Below, piece after piece: positions 8,641-18,084 of a stretch of 64,000 nucleotides of DNA. Positions within the stretch are counted from its first letter, which is position 1. Every line of letters begins with the position of its first letter. Position numbers and translations under genes: made by a program. The notes below the pieces were generated by a model, which saw only the letters and a program-made list of their open reading frames with translations, made no database searches and was not told the origin of the DNA. This DNA comes from Candidatus Omnitrophota bacterium (GTDB lineage Bacteria > Omnitrophota > Gorgyraeia > Duberdicusellales > 4484-171): positions 4,162 through 68,161 of the forward strand of contig JAFGQU010000015.1 in assembly GCA_016935525.1 (NCBI GenBank). Direction: 5' to 3'.

Positions 8641-9552
8641 TTATTTTTTCAGATGATTATGGATATAATCCGAAATCCCTGCCTCCAGGGTATATTGACA
8701 TTGAATATTCAATGTTTGAGCAAGAACGGTCGTGTCGGCTTCGGTATGGTCTTGATAGGCTACCGAATACGGATTGGGGAAATATTCCGGCGGTAAATCT
8801 TTATTGAGGACGCCGTTCAATACCTCGATAATATCGTTAAAACTACGGGGTTTACCTGTCCCCACATTAAGGACCATCGGAGTATCGATCTCTAACGCTT
8901 TTATGGTTATGTGGGCGACGTCTTTTACATAAATAAAGTCGCGCCGTTGCTGGCCGCACTCAAACACCCGGGGCGATGTATTCTCTTTCATCTGGAGATA
9001 GAGCTGGTAGATCATACTGCTGGATGCCCCTTTATGATATTCATAAGGCCCGTACACGTTAAAATAACGTAATCCTACCAGGGGAATACATCCTTTTTGC
9101 TGAGCGGCTTGTCTGGCCTTTACATCACAGAGATATTTCGAATAGGCGTAGGTATTCAAAGGCAACGGTTTTTGAGTCTCTTTCATAGGCGAAGATCCCG
9201 ATCCATACACTCCGGCACTTGATGCGTATACCAGACGGATACGCTTGACCTGACAGAATTCCAGGACATTCTTAAATCCTTCATAATTCACCGTCATCAT
9301 CTTGGCATCATCGGGTAACGTAGTATCGGTAATTGCCGCTTCATGGATCACCGCGTCAAGTTTGGGTAATTTTTTGAACGTATCTTCTGATGAGACATCG
9401 CCACAGATCACTTCACAATTTAAATCGAGAATATTTTTAAAATGAGCATGAGAAAAATCATCAAGAATAAAGACTTCATGGCCCTGCCCTTTAAGGATCC
9501 GGGCAACATTTGAACCGATAAATCCCGCACCGCCGGTCACCAGGATCTTCAT
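8641..9552 (-). CDS. hldD: ADP-L-glycero-D-manno-heptose 6-epimerase
   Basis: GGAGFIG Rossmann motif, YASSAGVYG, PLNTYAYSK, LRYFNVYGP-E-HKG, RDFIYVKDV, YQ-HTEAD. Confidence 0.88.
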   Translation of the reverse strand: MKILVTGGAGFIGSNVARILKGQGHEVFILDDFSHAHFKNILDLNCEVICGDVSSEDTFKKLPKLDAVIHEAAITDTTLPDDAKMMTVNYEGFKNVLEFCQVKRIRLVYASSAGVYGSGSSPMKETQKPLPLNTYAYSKYLCDVKARQAAQQKGCIPLVGLRYFNVYGPYEYHKGASSSMIYQLYLQMKENTSPRVFECGQQRRDFIYVKDVAHITIKALEIDTPMVLNVGTGKPRSFNDIIEVLNGVLNKDLPPEYFPNPYSVAYQDHTEADTTVLAQTLNIQCQYTLEAGISDYIHNHLKK

Positions 9553-9553
9553 C

Positions 9554-10192
9554 TTACCTGTTTCCTTTCTCTTCTAATTCTTCTATTCTCTTCTCTAAAC
9601 GGTGTAATACTTCAATAATCGGATCCGGTAATTTGTTATGATCTAAATCGATTCCGCTTACTTTCTTGGTCGAATGGCGCTCGATCGCCCGACCCGGCAC
9701 CCCTACCACAGTCGCCCCCGGAGGCACATCATTGATCACTACCGATCCGGCACCGATCCGGGACCCTTCGCCTACGACAATCGGGCCCAATAATACCGCG
9801 CCGGCTCCGATGACCACATCATGCCCGATCGTAGGATGCCGTTTGTTTTTTTCCTGAGAGACTCCGCCTAATACCACGCCCTGATAGATCAAGACATCAT
9901 TACCTATTTCAGTCGTCTCGCCGATGACGATCCCCATCCCGTGATCGATAAAAAATCGCCGGCCGATGGTTGCGCCGGGATGGATCTCAATCCCGGTGAA
10001 AAACCGGGCCAGATGAGAAATATATCGGGCGCACGTATACCACTGCGTAAGCCAGAACCAGTGAGCGATACGGTATGCCCAGATCGCGTGCAGGCCGGGA
10101 TAACAGAGAATGACCTCCACGGTACTGCGGGCCGCCGGATCTTCACGAAATGCCGTCGCAATATCTTCACGAATACGATCGATTATTCCCAT
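9554..10192 (-). CDS. cysE: Serine O-acetyltransferase
   Basis: [38 protein letters not shown] motifs. Confidence 0.95.
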   Translation of the reverse strand: MGIIDRIREDIATAFREDPAARSTVEVILCYPGLHAIWAYRIAHWFWLTQWYTCARYISHLARFFTGIEIHPGATIGRRFFIDHGMGIVIGETTEIGNDVLIYQGVVLGGVSQEKNKRHPTIGHDVVIGAGAVLLGPIVVGEGSRIGAGSVVINDVPPGATVVGVPGRAIERHSTKKVSGIDLDHNKLPDPIIEVLHRLEKRIEELEEKGNR

Positions 10193-10200
10193 AACACAAT

Positions 10201-10229
10201 ACCTTAATAGAGATTGCCTTTATTGTCAA
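10201..10229 (-). promoter_or_regulatory. Putative sigma70 promoter of cysE (leaderless-type)
   Basis: TTGACA-N17-TAAGGT, then 8 nt to the ATG; no SD. Confidence 0.6.
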
Positions 10230-10238
10230 TTATTTTAT

Positions 10239-10352
10239 GATACAGGGATCAGGGAGACAGGATGCAGATGTGATTACAGTGATTATCGTATCTTGTCTTT
10301 CGTCCGAACGAAGCGGTCGTCTCTCGTAAATTACATCTGCGATCATCTGCGG
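10239..10352. repeat. Composite inverted short-period repeat element
   Basis: GCAGATGTGATT (10264-10275) can pair with AATTACATCTGC (10329-10340). Interleaved degenerate heptamers (TACAGGG/ATCAGGG/AGACAGG versus TCGTATC/TTGTCTT/TCGTCTC). Confidence 0.5.
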
Positions 10353-10358
10353 CGAAGA

Positions 10359-13300
10359 TCAAGTAAGGTAGACATGGATCTCTCTCACGTTACCCTGACG
10401 GATCTTATAGCTCCAGGGCGGAGAGACAAAGGGATTTTTAGTGGTAGAACGAGTTCCGTCGTAAGCGATGACCTCGATTTTCTTAATCGAGATATCTTTA
10501 CGATAGGTATCTTTACGATGCGGATTATGGTAGACCAGGAGCGTCCGGGAAAAAAGTTTACACGCGAAACTGTTGGCGGCAATAGTAACTTTCTTTCTAT
10601 CAACCTCTAACGTACGGATACTCCGGGTAAAAAAATCCGATTTCAATGCCGGCTGCGGCGAAAAATAAAGGTTATTGCCTTCATCCACCGAGAACGGCCG
10701 TACCCCCAGACTCATCAAAGCCCATATATTGAGCAATTCGCTGGTCGCTCCGGTAAGCCGGGCAACGTACCCTTTTCCCCAGAGCGTTTTATCGGGAAAA
10801 GCGCTGCTGACGATGAACGAAGAATTTTCAAGGATATTCTTGCCGTACCGGGCCGGATCCAAAAAACAGATGCCGCATTGAAAAAAGTTTTTATAAAATT
10901 CATCATACAGCCCGACTTTCAATAATTCCAAAAGATACTTATATTCCATATGCAGCCATATCGACTCGTTTTCTAACCAGCCCGGAGGGAATGCCCGGCT
11001 GCGGCCGATATCCAACGGCGTATCTTTCAAAGAAGCGTTCAGCCGGTACATCTTAAGGGTACGATCGTACAATGGGGTCTTCTTGATAGCTGATACCATA
11101 GATGTGTCTTTATTCACCCGGAGAGCATGCATCGGCCCTTCTAAAAAGACCGGTAACGGACGCCGGCGTACTTTTTGAGGCATGATCGCTTTTTGTTTCC
11201 CATCACGATAGGCAAGGATATCGTAAGTGAAATACGTATAGTATACGCCTGATTCCTTTTCTTTGGCTTTTTTCAGACCACGGTCGAGGAGAGCAACGAC
11301 ATTATTTAAAAACGCCGTGAGCCGGTTTGTATCCAGATTCCCTTGAGCCCCCTTGATCCCCCAGAACGTCCTGGTACGGAAATCTTCTTTGGCATCGTTG
11401 GATTTATTCCACCAATAAAGACTTTTGGCCGAAGGTTTGATTTTCTTCAGGCCGGAAAAAGCCTTTTCCAACCTGTTGAAAAACGCGAGAACCTCCCCGG
11501 CGGCTTTTATCTGGGTTTTGCCTTTACGATTATGTAACCCTTTTTTAAGAATCAACGCCGTCCGTTTCAGTTCGAACGATTCACATACCGAAGAACCGAA
11601 TAATGCCGGCAGGCCGTTTAACGAATCACACCATCCCGGTTTATCCGCTTCCATCTCGATACCGATACCGTCAAAATCCAGAGTCGCGACTTTTGTCAGC
11701 ACCAACGCCAGTAATTTTTCGATAAGGTTGGTCGTGTACACACTTCCTTTTCCGCATTTGGTACGTAAAAAGTTGCGTAGCCGTTTACGATGGTTCAAGA
11801 GCTCCTGTTTATGCGCTACCGAACGGACTCCGTGCAGCTGAATCACCCGGTTACCTTTAAGAAAATACCGTTCACTTCTTCTTCTTACCTTATACTCGTC
11901 ATCCCAGAAAAGGAATGGGGTATCAAAAAACAACTCGTCTTTCCGGTCGGGATATATTTGTAAAAACGTCTCGATGAGATCGAGATTATACCGCCAATGG
12001 TCGACCCAGAACCCTTCGCCGAAATCAGCCTGAGCTTCCCGCTGCACCGATTCGAACAATATTTTCAAGAATTCTTCGCGCCCGGCACCGGACAGATATA
12101 TCCCTTTTTTTTCAAACAGCCGGAAAAGTTCTCCTAAATAAAACCCTTTTTGCATGAAGGCGCATAGCTCGGAATCTCTGGGAAGTTTAAATTTTCTACG
12201 GAGATAATCGCATAACGACTGGTGCGCCAGATAAAGTTTTTCGCCGCGGACAATCAGAGGATTGTACCCGTCTATACGCAATAGGTTGAAAAAGTAAACG
12301 ATATTTTTTTTGTCGATCGCCGGATTAAAGAATATATCCATCCGGCGGTTCTGGTTCACATCGCGATAGTTCCCTTCTCCTTCGGAGAAATAAGACGCGA
12401 GCAGCCTAAACTGGTTATAATCGCGTTCAAGATCGCCATGCTTACGGGAATACAGATAATATATCTTTTCATGGTCGAACGTAGCCGGATACCCCCCTCT
12501 CAACATATTGTCCAGGTAACTTGACTGCACATATTCGTCAAATTCCGGCCGGCCGCTCACCGTGACCGCATTCGATTTAAACTTTTTGATCAGTTCATGA
12601 TTTTCCCGGCGTTTGGATTCAAGAAAGGCCGGCGTCACCGGCTTAAGGAATTTAGGCAGCTGTTTCTTGTCGAACACCCCGCCGATAACCGTATACAGCG
12701 TGACGGTTTCATGTTTCTTAAGGCTGGTCGAGAAAAAAGAAAAACCGCAGGGAGTTTTACCGCACTTTTGCTGCGAGATGGGATAGCTAAAGTTTTTTTT
12801 CAGAAAATGCAGGGGGCTTGCCAGTGAAGTGTCTGACCCGAAAATCGCCTGGGGATCGACTATATAACGGGGATATATTTTTTTGTTTTTCTGTAGGCAT
12901 AACGAATATTGGAAGTTGGCCCCCTCAATATACTCGGTTGCCGCAACATCCTGAGGGTCGACGCTTAATTTAAAAAAAGCGAATTCCCCTTTCCCTATTT
13001 TTTCGGTACCGGCGTTCATCCAGGCTTCCAGCGTACGGGGAAGGTTTTTAAGAAAAAAATCTTTGCTGCCAAAAGGGATGATCTGTCCTAACCCGTCCAG
13101 GACCTGGATAGATTTCGAACGAGCCGAACGGTTCTCTATCTCTACTGTTCTCACCAGCGCGCCGAAAGGCATCTGCGGCAGAGTAAAATAGTTCACCGAA
13201 AAATCCAACCCCAACGCTTTATTGTTCTCTTCAAGGGACAGGTCGTGGCTACGGATAAGCAGCCGTTCGGTCTTCTCCTGATGAGAAGAAAGCTGAAACG

Positions 13301-13574
13301 GTTCATAGACCAGTTCATTATTTATTTTGACGAACGTACGAAACCCTAGCGATCCGACGACCTGGTAGGCTTTATTGGCCGGCTGGAATTCGGTAATACA
13401 GTGATCTTTATCTTCTAATCCGAAACTGACGACTGCCTGACCGCGATTGACGAAGAATGCCCATAACGGTACGCCCCATTGCCCGCTGATCGAAGGTAAA
13501 AAATCGGCAAAAGGATGGGTCCGGTTATACTCTTCGATAATAAACGTCTGATCTGCTAAACGGTATTTATTCAT
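10359..13574 (-). CDS. Large glycoside phosphorylase, GH161-like (putative beta-1,3-glucan phosphorylase; often labelled cellobiose phosphorylase)
   Basis: 1071 aa, no signal peptide. Motifs WAFFVNRGQ, YSRKHGDLERDYN, GNYRDVNQNRR, KPGWCDSLNGLP, GWLENESIWLHMEYKY, ARLTGAT match my recollection of the GH161/GH149 phosphorylases. Confidence 0.7.
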   Translation of the reverse strand: MNKYRLADQTFIIEEYNRTHPFADFLPSISGQWGVPLWAFFVNRGQAVVSFGLEDKDHCITEFQPANKAYQVVGSLGFRTFVKINNELVYEPFQLSSHQEKTERLLIRSHDLSLEENNKALGLDFSVNYFTLPQMPFGALVRTVEIENRSARSKSIQVLDGLGQIIPFGSKDFFLKNLPRTLEAWMNAGTEKIGKGEFAFFKLSVDPQDVAATEYIEGANFQYSLCLQKNKKIYPRYIVDPQAIFGSDTSLASPLHFLKKNFSYPISQQKCGKTPCGFSFFSTSLKKHETVTLYTVIGGVFDKKQLPKFLKPVTPAFLESKRRENHELIKKFKSNAVTVSGRPEFDEYVQSSYLDNMLRGGYPATFDHEKIYYLYSRKHGDLERDYNQFRLLASYFSEGEGNYRDVNQNRRMDIFFNPAIDKKNIVYFFNLLRIDGYNPLIVRGEKLYLAHQSLCDYLRRKFKLPRDSELCAFMQKGFYLGELFRLFEKKGIYLSGAGREEFLKILFESVQREAQADFGEGFWVDHWRYNLDLIETFLQIYPDRKDELFFDTPFLFWDDEYKVRRRSERYFLKGNRVIQLHGVRSVAHKQELLNHRKRLRNFLRTKCGKGSVYTTNLIEKLLALVLTKVATLDFDGIGIEMEADKPGWCDSLNGLPALFGSSVCESFELKRTALILKKGLHNRKGKTQIKAAGEVLAFFNRLEKAFSGLKKIKPSAKSLYWWNKSNDAKEDFRTRTFWGIKGAQGNLDTNRLTAFLNNVVALLDRGLKKAKEKESGVYYTYFTYDILAYRDGKQKAIMPQKVRRRPLPVFLEGPMHALRVNKDTSMVSAIKKTPLYDRTLKMYRLNASLKDTPLDIGRSRAFPPGWLENESIWLHMEYKYLLELLKVGLYDEFYKNFFQCGICFLDPARYGKNILENSSFIVSSAFPDKTLWGKGYVARLTGATSELLNIWALMSLGVRPFSVDEGNNLYFSPQPALKSDFFTRSIRTLEVDRKKVTIAANSFACKLFSRTLLVYHNPHRKDTYRKDISIKKIEVIAYDGTRSTTKNPFVSPPWSYKIRQGNVREIHVYLT

Positions 13575-14205
13575 ATACTTTAAAAATATCGTTCAACCCG
13601 GAAAGGACCGGTACTCCGGGATACTTTTCTTTGATCTCTTTGGGCCGGCTTGAACCGCCTTTAATGAATACCGCATCCATTCGGGCCCGGCGGGCCGTCT
13701 CCATATCGATCGCCATATCCCCGATAAATACCGCGTGACGCCGGCACAACTTAAAATAAGCCAGTGTTTTCAATAAGATAGCCGGATCCGGTTTTATCGT
13801 TTTTATTTTATCGGCACAAAGAATAAAATCAATATATTTTAGAAAATTCAGCCGTTTTAAGATAACCAGGGTATAGGCCGTAGGGCGGTTCGATGCTATC
13901 GATACCGCTTTCCCTCTACGTTTAAGACGCCCGAGTACCCCTCGGGCGTGCGGCTGGGGTTTTGCCTTTTTGGTGAGACTCACGAGATGATGCCGGCGGT
14001 ATATAGTGAGCGCTTTAGTCCGGTCTTTTTCTGCAAAAAACATATCGATAAACAGCCGGTCGCCTTTACCTACCGACTCTTTGACCGTCTGGTAAGGTAC
14101 CACCGGATATCCCAACCGGTTCCGGGTAAAATTCAAACTATCGTAAATAGCGTCGTAGGCATCGGCCAATGTCCCGTCGAGATCGAAAATAAACAACTTT
14201 TTCAT
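13567..14205 (-). CDS. HAD-family phosphatase (phosphoglycolate phosphatase-like)
   Basis: FDLDGTL motif I, SN motif II, KPDP, IGD-xxD motif IV. Confidence 0.88.
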   Translation of the reverse strand: MKKLFIFDLDGTLADAYDAIYDSLNFTRNRLGYPVVPYQTVKESVGKGDRLFIDMFFAEKDRTKALTIYRRHHLVSLTKKAKPQPHARGVLGRLKRRGKAVSIASNRPTAYTLVILKRLNFLKYIDFILCADKIKTIKPDPAILLKTLAYFKLCRRHAVFIGDMAIDMETARRARMDAVFIKGGSSRPKEIKEKYPGVPVLSGLNDIFKVYE

Positions 14206-14795
14206 CAGGACAGATTATGCGGATTTAACATTCCTCCCGAAATAATCAAACGGATAGCTTCTTCAACACTGATATCAAGGATAATCACGTCTTCCTGAGG
14301 AATGACTATCATAAAACCGGTAAGCGGAGAAGGAGAAGAAGGGACAAAAACATTAAACAGTTTCTTCTGGACCTTATTTTCAAAAGCGCCGTTGGCATCA
14401 CTGGTAATAAACCCTATCGTGTAAATGCCGTGACGGGGGTATTCAATAAGCACCACCTTACGGAAGGTCCGGGTCGGTTGGAAGAAAAGAAAATCGACTA
14501 TTTGTCTGATAGGAAAATAAATCTTGTTGACCAGGGGGATCCGCAAAAACAGTGATTCCATAAATTTCCTCAATCTGTTGCGGGAAAGACGTATAAGCAC
14601 ACCAAGAAACAGGATGATCAATAACGAAAGAATGATCCCGATACCGGGAATACTATAATCGAGATAGGATTCAAGATAGCGGTTGATATGGTGGCCAAGG
14701 ATCCCATCGGCAAATTGAAAAAGGCCTACGATCACATAGATAGTCAATACTACCGGGATGATCGCCGTAAGACCGGAGAAAAAAATGCTCTTCAT
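14205..14795 (-). CDS. DUF502 family membrane protein
   Basis: Two TM helices, RIPLV--IY, VLIEYPR-G-Y-IGF-T, VFVP-SP-P-TGF, IISGG. Confidence 0.9.
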   Translation of the reverse strand: MKSIFFSGLTAIIPVVLTIYVIVGLFQFADGILGHHINRYLESYLDYSIPGIGIILSLLIILFLGVLIRLSRNRLRKFMESLFLRIPLVNKIYFPIRQIVDFLFFQPTRTFRKVVLIEYPRHGIYTIGFITSDANGAFENKVQKKLFNVFVPSSPSPLTGFMIVIPQEDVIILDISVEEAIRLIISGGMLNPHNLS

Positions 14796-15352
14796 CTTCG
14801 AGATCTTAACCTGACTGCCAGCGCACTTACCGCGGCTATTTTCAGCACGTCACCGATAATAAAAGGGAATGCCCCCAGTAAAACTCCCTGTTGCCAGGAA
14901 AACGCATAAGTATAATGCAGCCAGATAATACCGCAGGCGTATACAAACAAAAAATTAGCGCCTAAAAACAGGACGAATATCTTAAAGAAAGAAAACCGGG
15001 AAGATACGATAGTGTGTAAAAGGTGCGGGACGACAAGCGCGAAAAGACAGAAACCGAAAAGGTATCCTCCGCTTGGCCCGGTAAGAGCAACGAGACTCGC
15101 TCCCGAACTAAATACCGGTAAACCCAATGTCCCTAACAGAATATATAAAAATTGGGCATAGACCGCCCGCTGTTTAAGAAAAAGAACGCTTGAAAATAAA
15201 ACGAACGTCTGCAGAGTGATCGGGACCGGCGTAAAAAACAGCGGTATTTTAACGGCTGCGGCAACCGCCATCGCGACTGAAAACCCAATAACAGCAAGGA
15301 CCTGTCCCAAAATGCTTTGTTTATGAACGAGGCTTAACATCTGAGTATTCAT
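14792..15352 (-). CDS. bioY: Biotin transporter BioY
   Basis: PVPITLQTF, GLPVFS, GP-GGYL-GF, PFI-GD-LK. Start set at ATG 15352 after GGAGGG. Confidence 0.93.
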   Translation of the reverse strand: MNTQMLSLVHKQSILGQVLAVIGFSVAMAVAAAVKIPLFFTPVPITLQTFVLFSSVLFLKQRAVYAQFLYILLGTLGLPVFSSGASLVALTGPSGGYLFGFCLFALVVPHLLHTIVSSRFSFFKIFVLFLGANFLFVYACGIIWLHYTYAFSWQQGVLLGAFPFIIGDVLKIAAVSALAVRLRSRR

Positions 15353-15408
15353 TTTTCCCTCCATGAATGGTTGATATGGTCTTATCTCTTTATAGATTGA
15401 GAAAGTTA

Positions 15409-15417
15409 ATTATATCA
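15409..15417 (-). promoter_or_regulatory. Extended -10 promoter of the bioY operon
   Basis: TGaTATAAT on the minus strand. Confidence 0.5.
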
Positions 15418-15554
15418 CAGATATATAAAAGAAAAAGCGATTTCCTTAAAGGGGCTGCGACGAAAAGCCACAGCCCCTGAAATCCTTTATCATCGCCGTA
15501 ATCGACTGGTCTCGGTTATCATTTTAAATTCTTACGAGACCCGTTAAAAAATCC

Positions 15555-15583
15555 TTGCCAACATTAAAAAGCGCCGTTAAGAT
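15555..15583 (+). promoter_or_regulatory. Putative sigma70 promoter (leaderless-type) of the SurA/PpiD-like gene
   Basis: TTGCCA-N17-TAAGAT, then 7 nt to ATG 15591. Confidence 0.6.
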
Positions 15584-15590
15584 AGTTTTT

Positions 15591-17000
15591 ATGTTAATAA
15601 GGTTTAAAAGCCACCATACCCGTAAGATACTTTGGGCCCTTATCGGCGTCATCGTACCGGCATTCATGCTCTGGGGAGGGCTTTCTTATTTTAACTCCCG
15701 GTCGAAGGATCTCGCCGGAAAAATAGAAAATCACCGGATCTCTCAACAGGAACTAGCTAAATACCTCCGTTTAACCCAGGTCGGCCTCCTCTTTCAATCT
15801 CCGGAAGCGGCGCGCAGTCTCACTCCCGAACAGATCCGAAGCAAAACCTGGCAGATGTATTTATTTTTATGGAAAGCGAAAAAAGACAAGATCACGGTGA
15901 CCGATCAGGAAGTAGTAGACGCTTTAGCCGGCATATTCGTCCGTAACGGGAGTTTTGACCGGGACTGGTATTTCTCTATTCTCAAACGTCGCCGGATCAA
16001 TCCCCGTGAATTCGAAGAATATATCCGCGCCTCGATCATAATCGATAAACTCATTGCCAAATACGTCGCCGAATCGCCCAGTGAAGAAGAAGTGCTCGAT
16101 CTCTATAAGAAAGAAAACGAAAAAGCAAAAATAGACTATCTTATGGTCGGCTACGATAAATTTCCCGCCCCGCAGGAAGTGACCGATGAACAGGTACACA
16201 AGTTTTATGAAGAAAATAAAATCCAGTTTAAACAGGCTCCACAGATGAAACTCAATTATGTCCTTTTGGAAAAAGAACGGTTTACCGAGCTTAAAGAGAA
16301 ACTGATCCCTTTGTTAAAAAAGTCAGAACATCTTGAGGGATTCGCGAAAGAATTGGGGATCAAAGTCAATACCACCGGTTATCTTACTGCCAACAGCCCT
16401 ATTGAAGGTATCGGATGGGAACCCAATCTGGTACGGGCCGCATTCGAAGCCCCATTGCATTCGATCAGTCCGGTATACGAAATTGCCTCCGGATATGTGA
16501 TTTTCGAGAAGACCGAAGCCAAAGATTCCCGCATCCCTCCGGTATCCGAGATCAAAAATGTCGTCATTGAACAATATCGTACCGACTCTCAAAAACGGCA
16601 GGCGCAGAAATACATCGAAGAGATCTTAAAAGAAATTTCCGAAAAAAAGATCTCCGATCTGGCGACCTTCGCCAAGGGCGAACTCGTCCAATACGGAGAA
16701 AGCGAATATTTTAAGTTTTACGATTATATTCCGGAGGTAGGTCTGTATTCCAACGTGAACGAGGCGATTTTTTCTGCTCAACCGGGAGAGATCATTAAAG
16801 AAGTCTTCTCGCTTCCTAAAGCCGCCTATCTGGTCCAGTTAAAAGAGATCGTAAAGTACGACCCGGAAACATTTGAAAAAGAGAAGGAAGAATATCGCGA
16901 AAGGATTTCCCGTCAGAAATTCATGGTCAACCAGATTAAATTCCTCAACCAGCTACAACAGGAATCTAATCTGCGGATATATGTTAATCCTCAACAATAA
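15591..17000 (+). CDS. SurA N-terminal domain / PpiD-like periplasmic chaperone
   Basis: N-terminal TM anchor (ILWALIGVIVPAFMLWG), SurA_N-like VTDQEV...NGSFD..Y, degenerate rotamase-like repeats. The track's TTG start at 15555 coincides with the -35 box, so ATG 15591 is preferred. Confidence 0.75.
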   Translation: MLIRFKSHHTRKILWALIGVIVPAFMLWGGLSYFNSRSKDLAGKIENHRISQQELAKYLRLTQVGLLFQSPEAARSLTPEQIRSKTWQMYLFLWKAKKDKITVTDQEVVDALAGIFVRNGSFDRDWYFSILKRRRINPREFEEYIRASIIIDKLIAKYVAESPSEEEVLDLYKKENEKAKIDYLMVGYDKFPAPQEVTDEQVHKFYEENKIQFKQAPQMKLNYVLLEKERFTELKEKLIPLLKKSEHLEGFAKELGIKVNTTGYLTANSPIEGIGWEPNLVRAAFEAPLHSISPVYEIASGYVIFEKTEAKDSRIPPVSEIKNVVIEQYRTDSQKRQAQKYIEEILKEISEKKISDLATFAKGELVQYGESEYFKFYDYIPEVGLYSNVNEAIFSAQPGEIIKEVFSLPKAAYLVQLKEIVKYDPETFEKEKEEYRERISRQKFMVNQIKFLNQLQQESNLRIYVNPQQ

Positions 17001-17166
17001 TCGCGTTTACCGGACACTGACTGGCGACTTCATGAAGATTGCAGCCGCACTCTGAACCGATGACTTTGGCGACTCCGTTATCGGCCATCTCGAAACAGTG
17101 AGGACAGTTGTTTACACAAAGACCACATCCGACACATGCATTTTCGTCAATAGTTACTTTAGCCAT
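16984..17166 (-). CDS. Ferredoxin (single [4Fe-4S] cluster type)
   Basis: CVGCGLC---CP ... CPVNAI, 60 aa; GGAGG RBS; downstream of PFOR. Confidence 0.92.
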   Translation of the reverse strand: MAKVTIDENACVGCGLCVNNCPHCFEMADNGVAKVIGSECGCNLHEVASQCPVNAIIVED

Positions 17167-17187
17167 GAGTAATTCCTCCTTTTTATT

Positions 17188-18084
17188 CTACGCTTTTGAG
17201 TTTAACCCGTAATATTCGATATTCTTTTGCGCGACTTCCTGGACTTTTTTCAGTTCAGCGGCGTTTTTAAGAAGGTGTTTAAACCGGCCTTGAAGTTTTA
17301 AATATTCTTCTACGGGTTTAGGTGAAGGAAGTTTTGTGACACGCAGGAGCCTGCCATATTCATATTCAACCAGAGGGAAAAGCCCGGTCGCAACCGCAAG
17401 TTTTGCGATCTTGATCGTATCGACCGGTTCCGATCCCCACCCTAAAGGACAGGGGACATGGATCTGAATGAATTTCGGGCCGCGGATATCCAGAGCTTTC
17501 TTTACTTTGGTCTGCACATCTCGGGGATTCCCTACCGAAGCCGTTGCCGCATAGGGAATATGATGAGCAGCGCAGATCTCTACTAACGGTTTTTTCTGTT
17601 TAGGATTACCGGACGAATGAGTCCCTCTTGGTGAGGTAGTAGTATGAGCGTCAAACGGGGTAAGCCCGCTACGTTGAATACCGGTATTCATATAAGCTTC
17701 ATTATCATAACAGACATATAAGATATCATGGCCTCTCTCGAGCATTCCCGAAAGAGCCTGCAGGCCGATATCGGCAGTCCCGCCGTCTCCGCCCTGGGAG
17801 ATGACTCGGATAGAATCCAGTTTACCTAAATGGATCAATGCGGCTTCAACTCCACTGGCAACTGCCGCGGCATTTTCAAAAAGAGAATGGATCCAGGGAG
17901 TTCCCCATGCCGTCTGCGGCGCTAATGTCGAGAAAACCTCAAGACATCCGGTCGCATTAGTCACTATAGTATTTTTTCCGGCAACATCCGCTACCAGACG
18001 AGCAGCCATTGATTGACCGCAACCCGCACAGGCGGTATGGCCGGATACAAAACAATGCTCTTCGAAATGTCCTCGTTCAGACAC
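17188..18084 (-). CDS. porB: Pyruvate:ferredoxin oxidoreductase beta subunit
   Basis: GHTACAGCG, GGDGG TPP motif, DNEAYMNTG-QRS, PCP-GW. Start set at GTG 18084 after GGAGG. Confidence 0.93.
   Translation of the reverse strand: MSERGHFEEHCFVSGHTACAGCGQSMAARLVADVAGKNTIVTNATGCLEVFSTLAPQTAWGTPWIHSLFENAAAVASGVEAALIHLGKLDSIRVISQGGDGGTADIGLQALSGMLERGHDILYVCYDNEAYMNTGIQRSGLTPFDAHTTTSPRGTHSSGNPKQKKPLVEICAAHHIPYAATASVGNPRDVQTKVKKALDIRGPKFIQIHVPCPLGWGSEPVDTIKIAKLAVATGLFPLVEYEYGRLLRVTKLPSPKPVEEYLKLQGRFKHLLKNAAELKKVQEVAQKNIEYYGLNSKA

Noticed and set aside
15365-15410. Possible BirA operator upstream of bioY (GGTTGATA half-site)
   Set aside because: No matching second half-site at the expected spacing.
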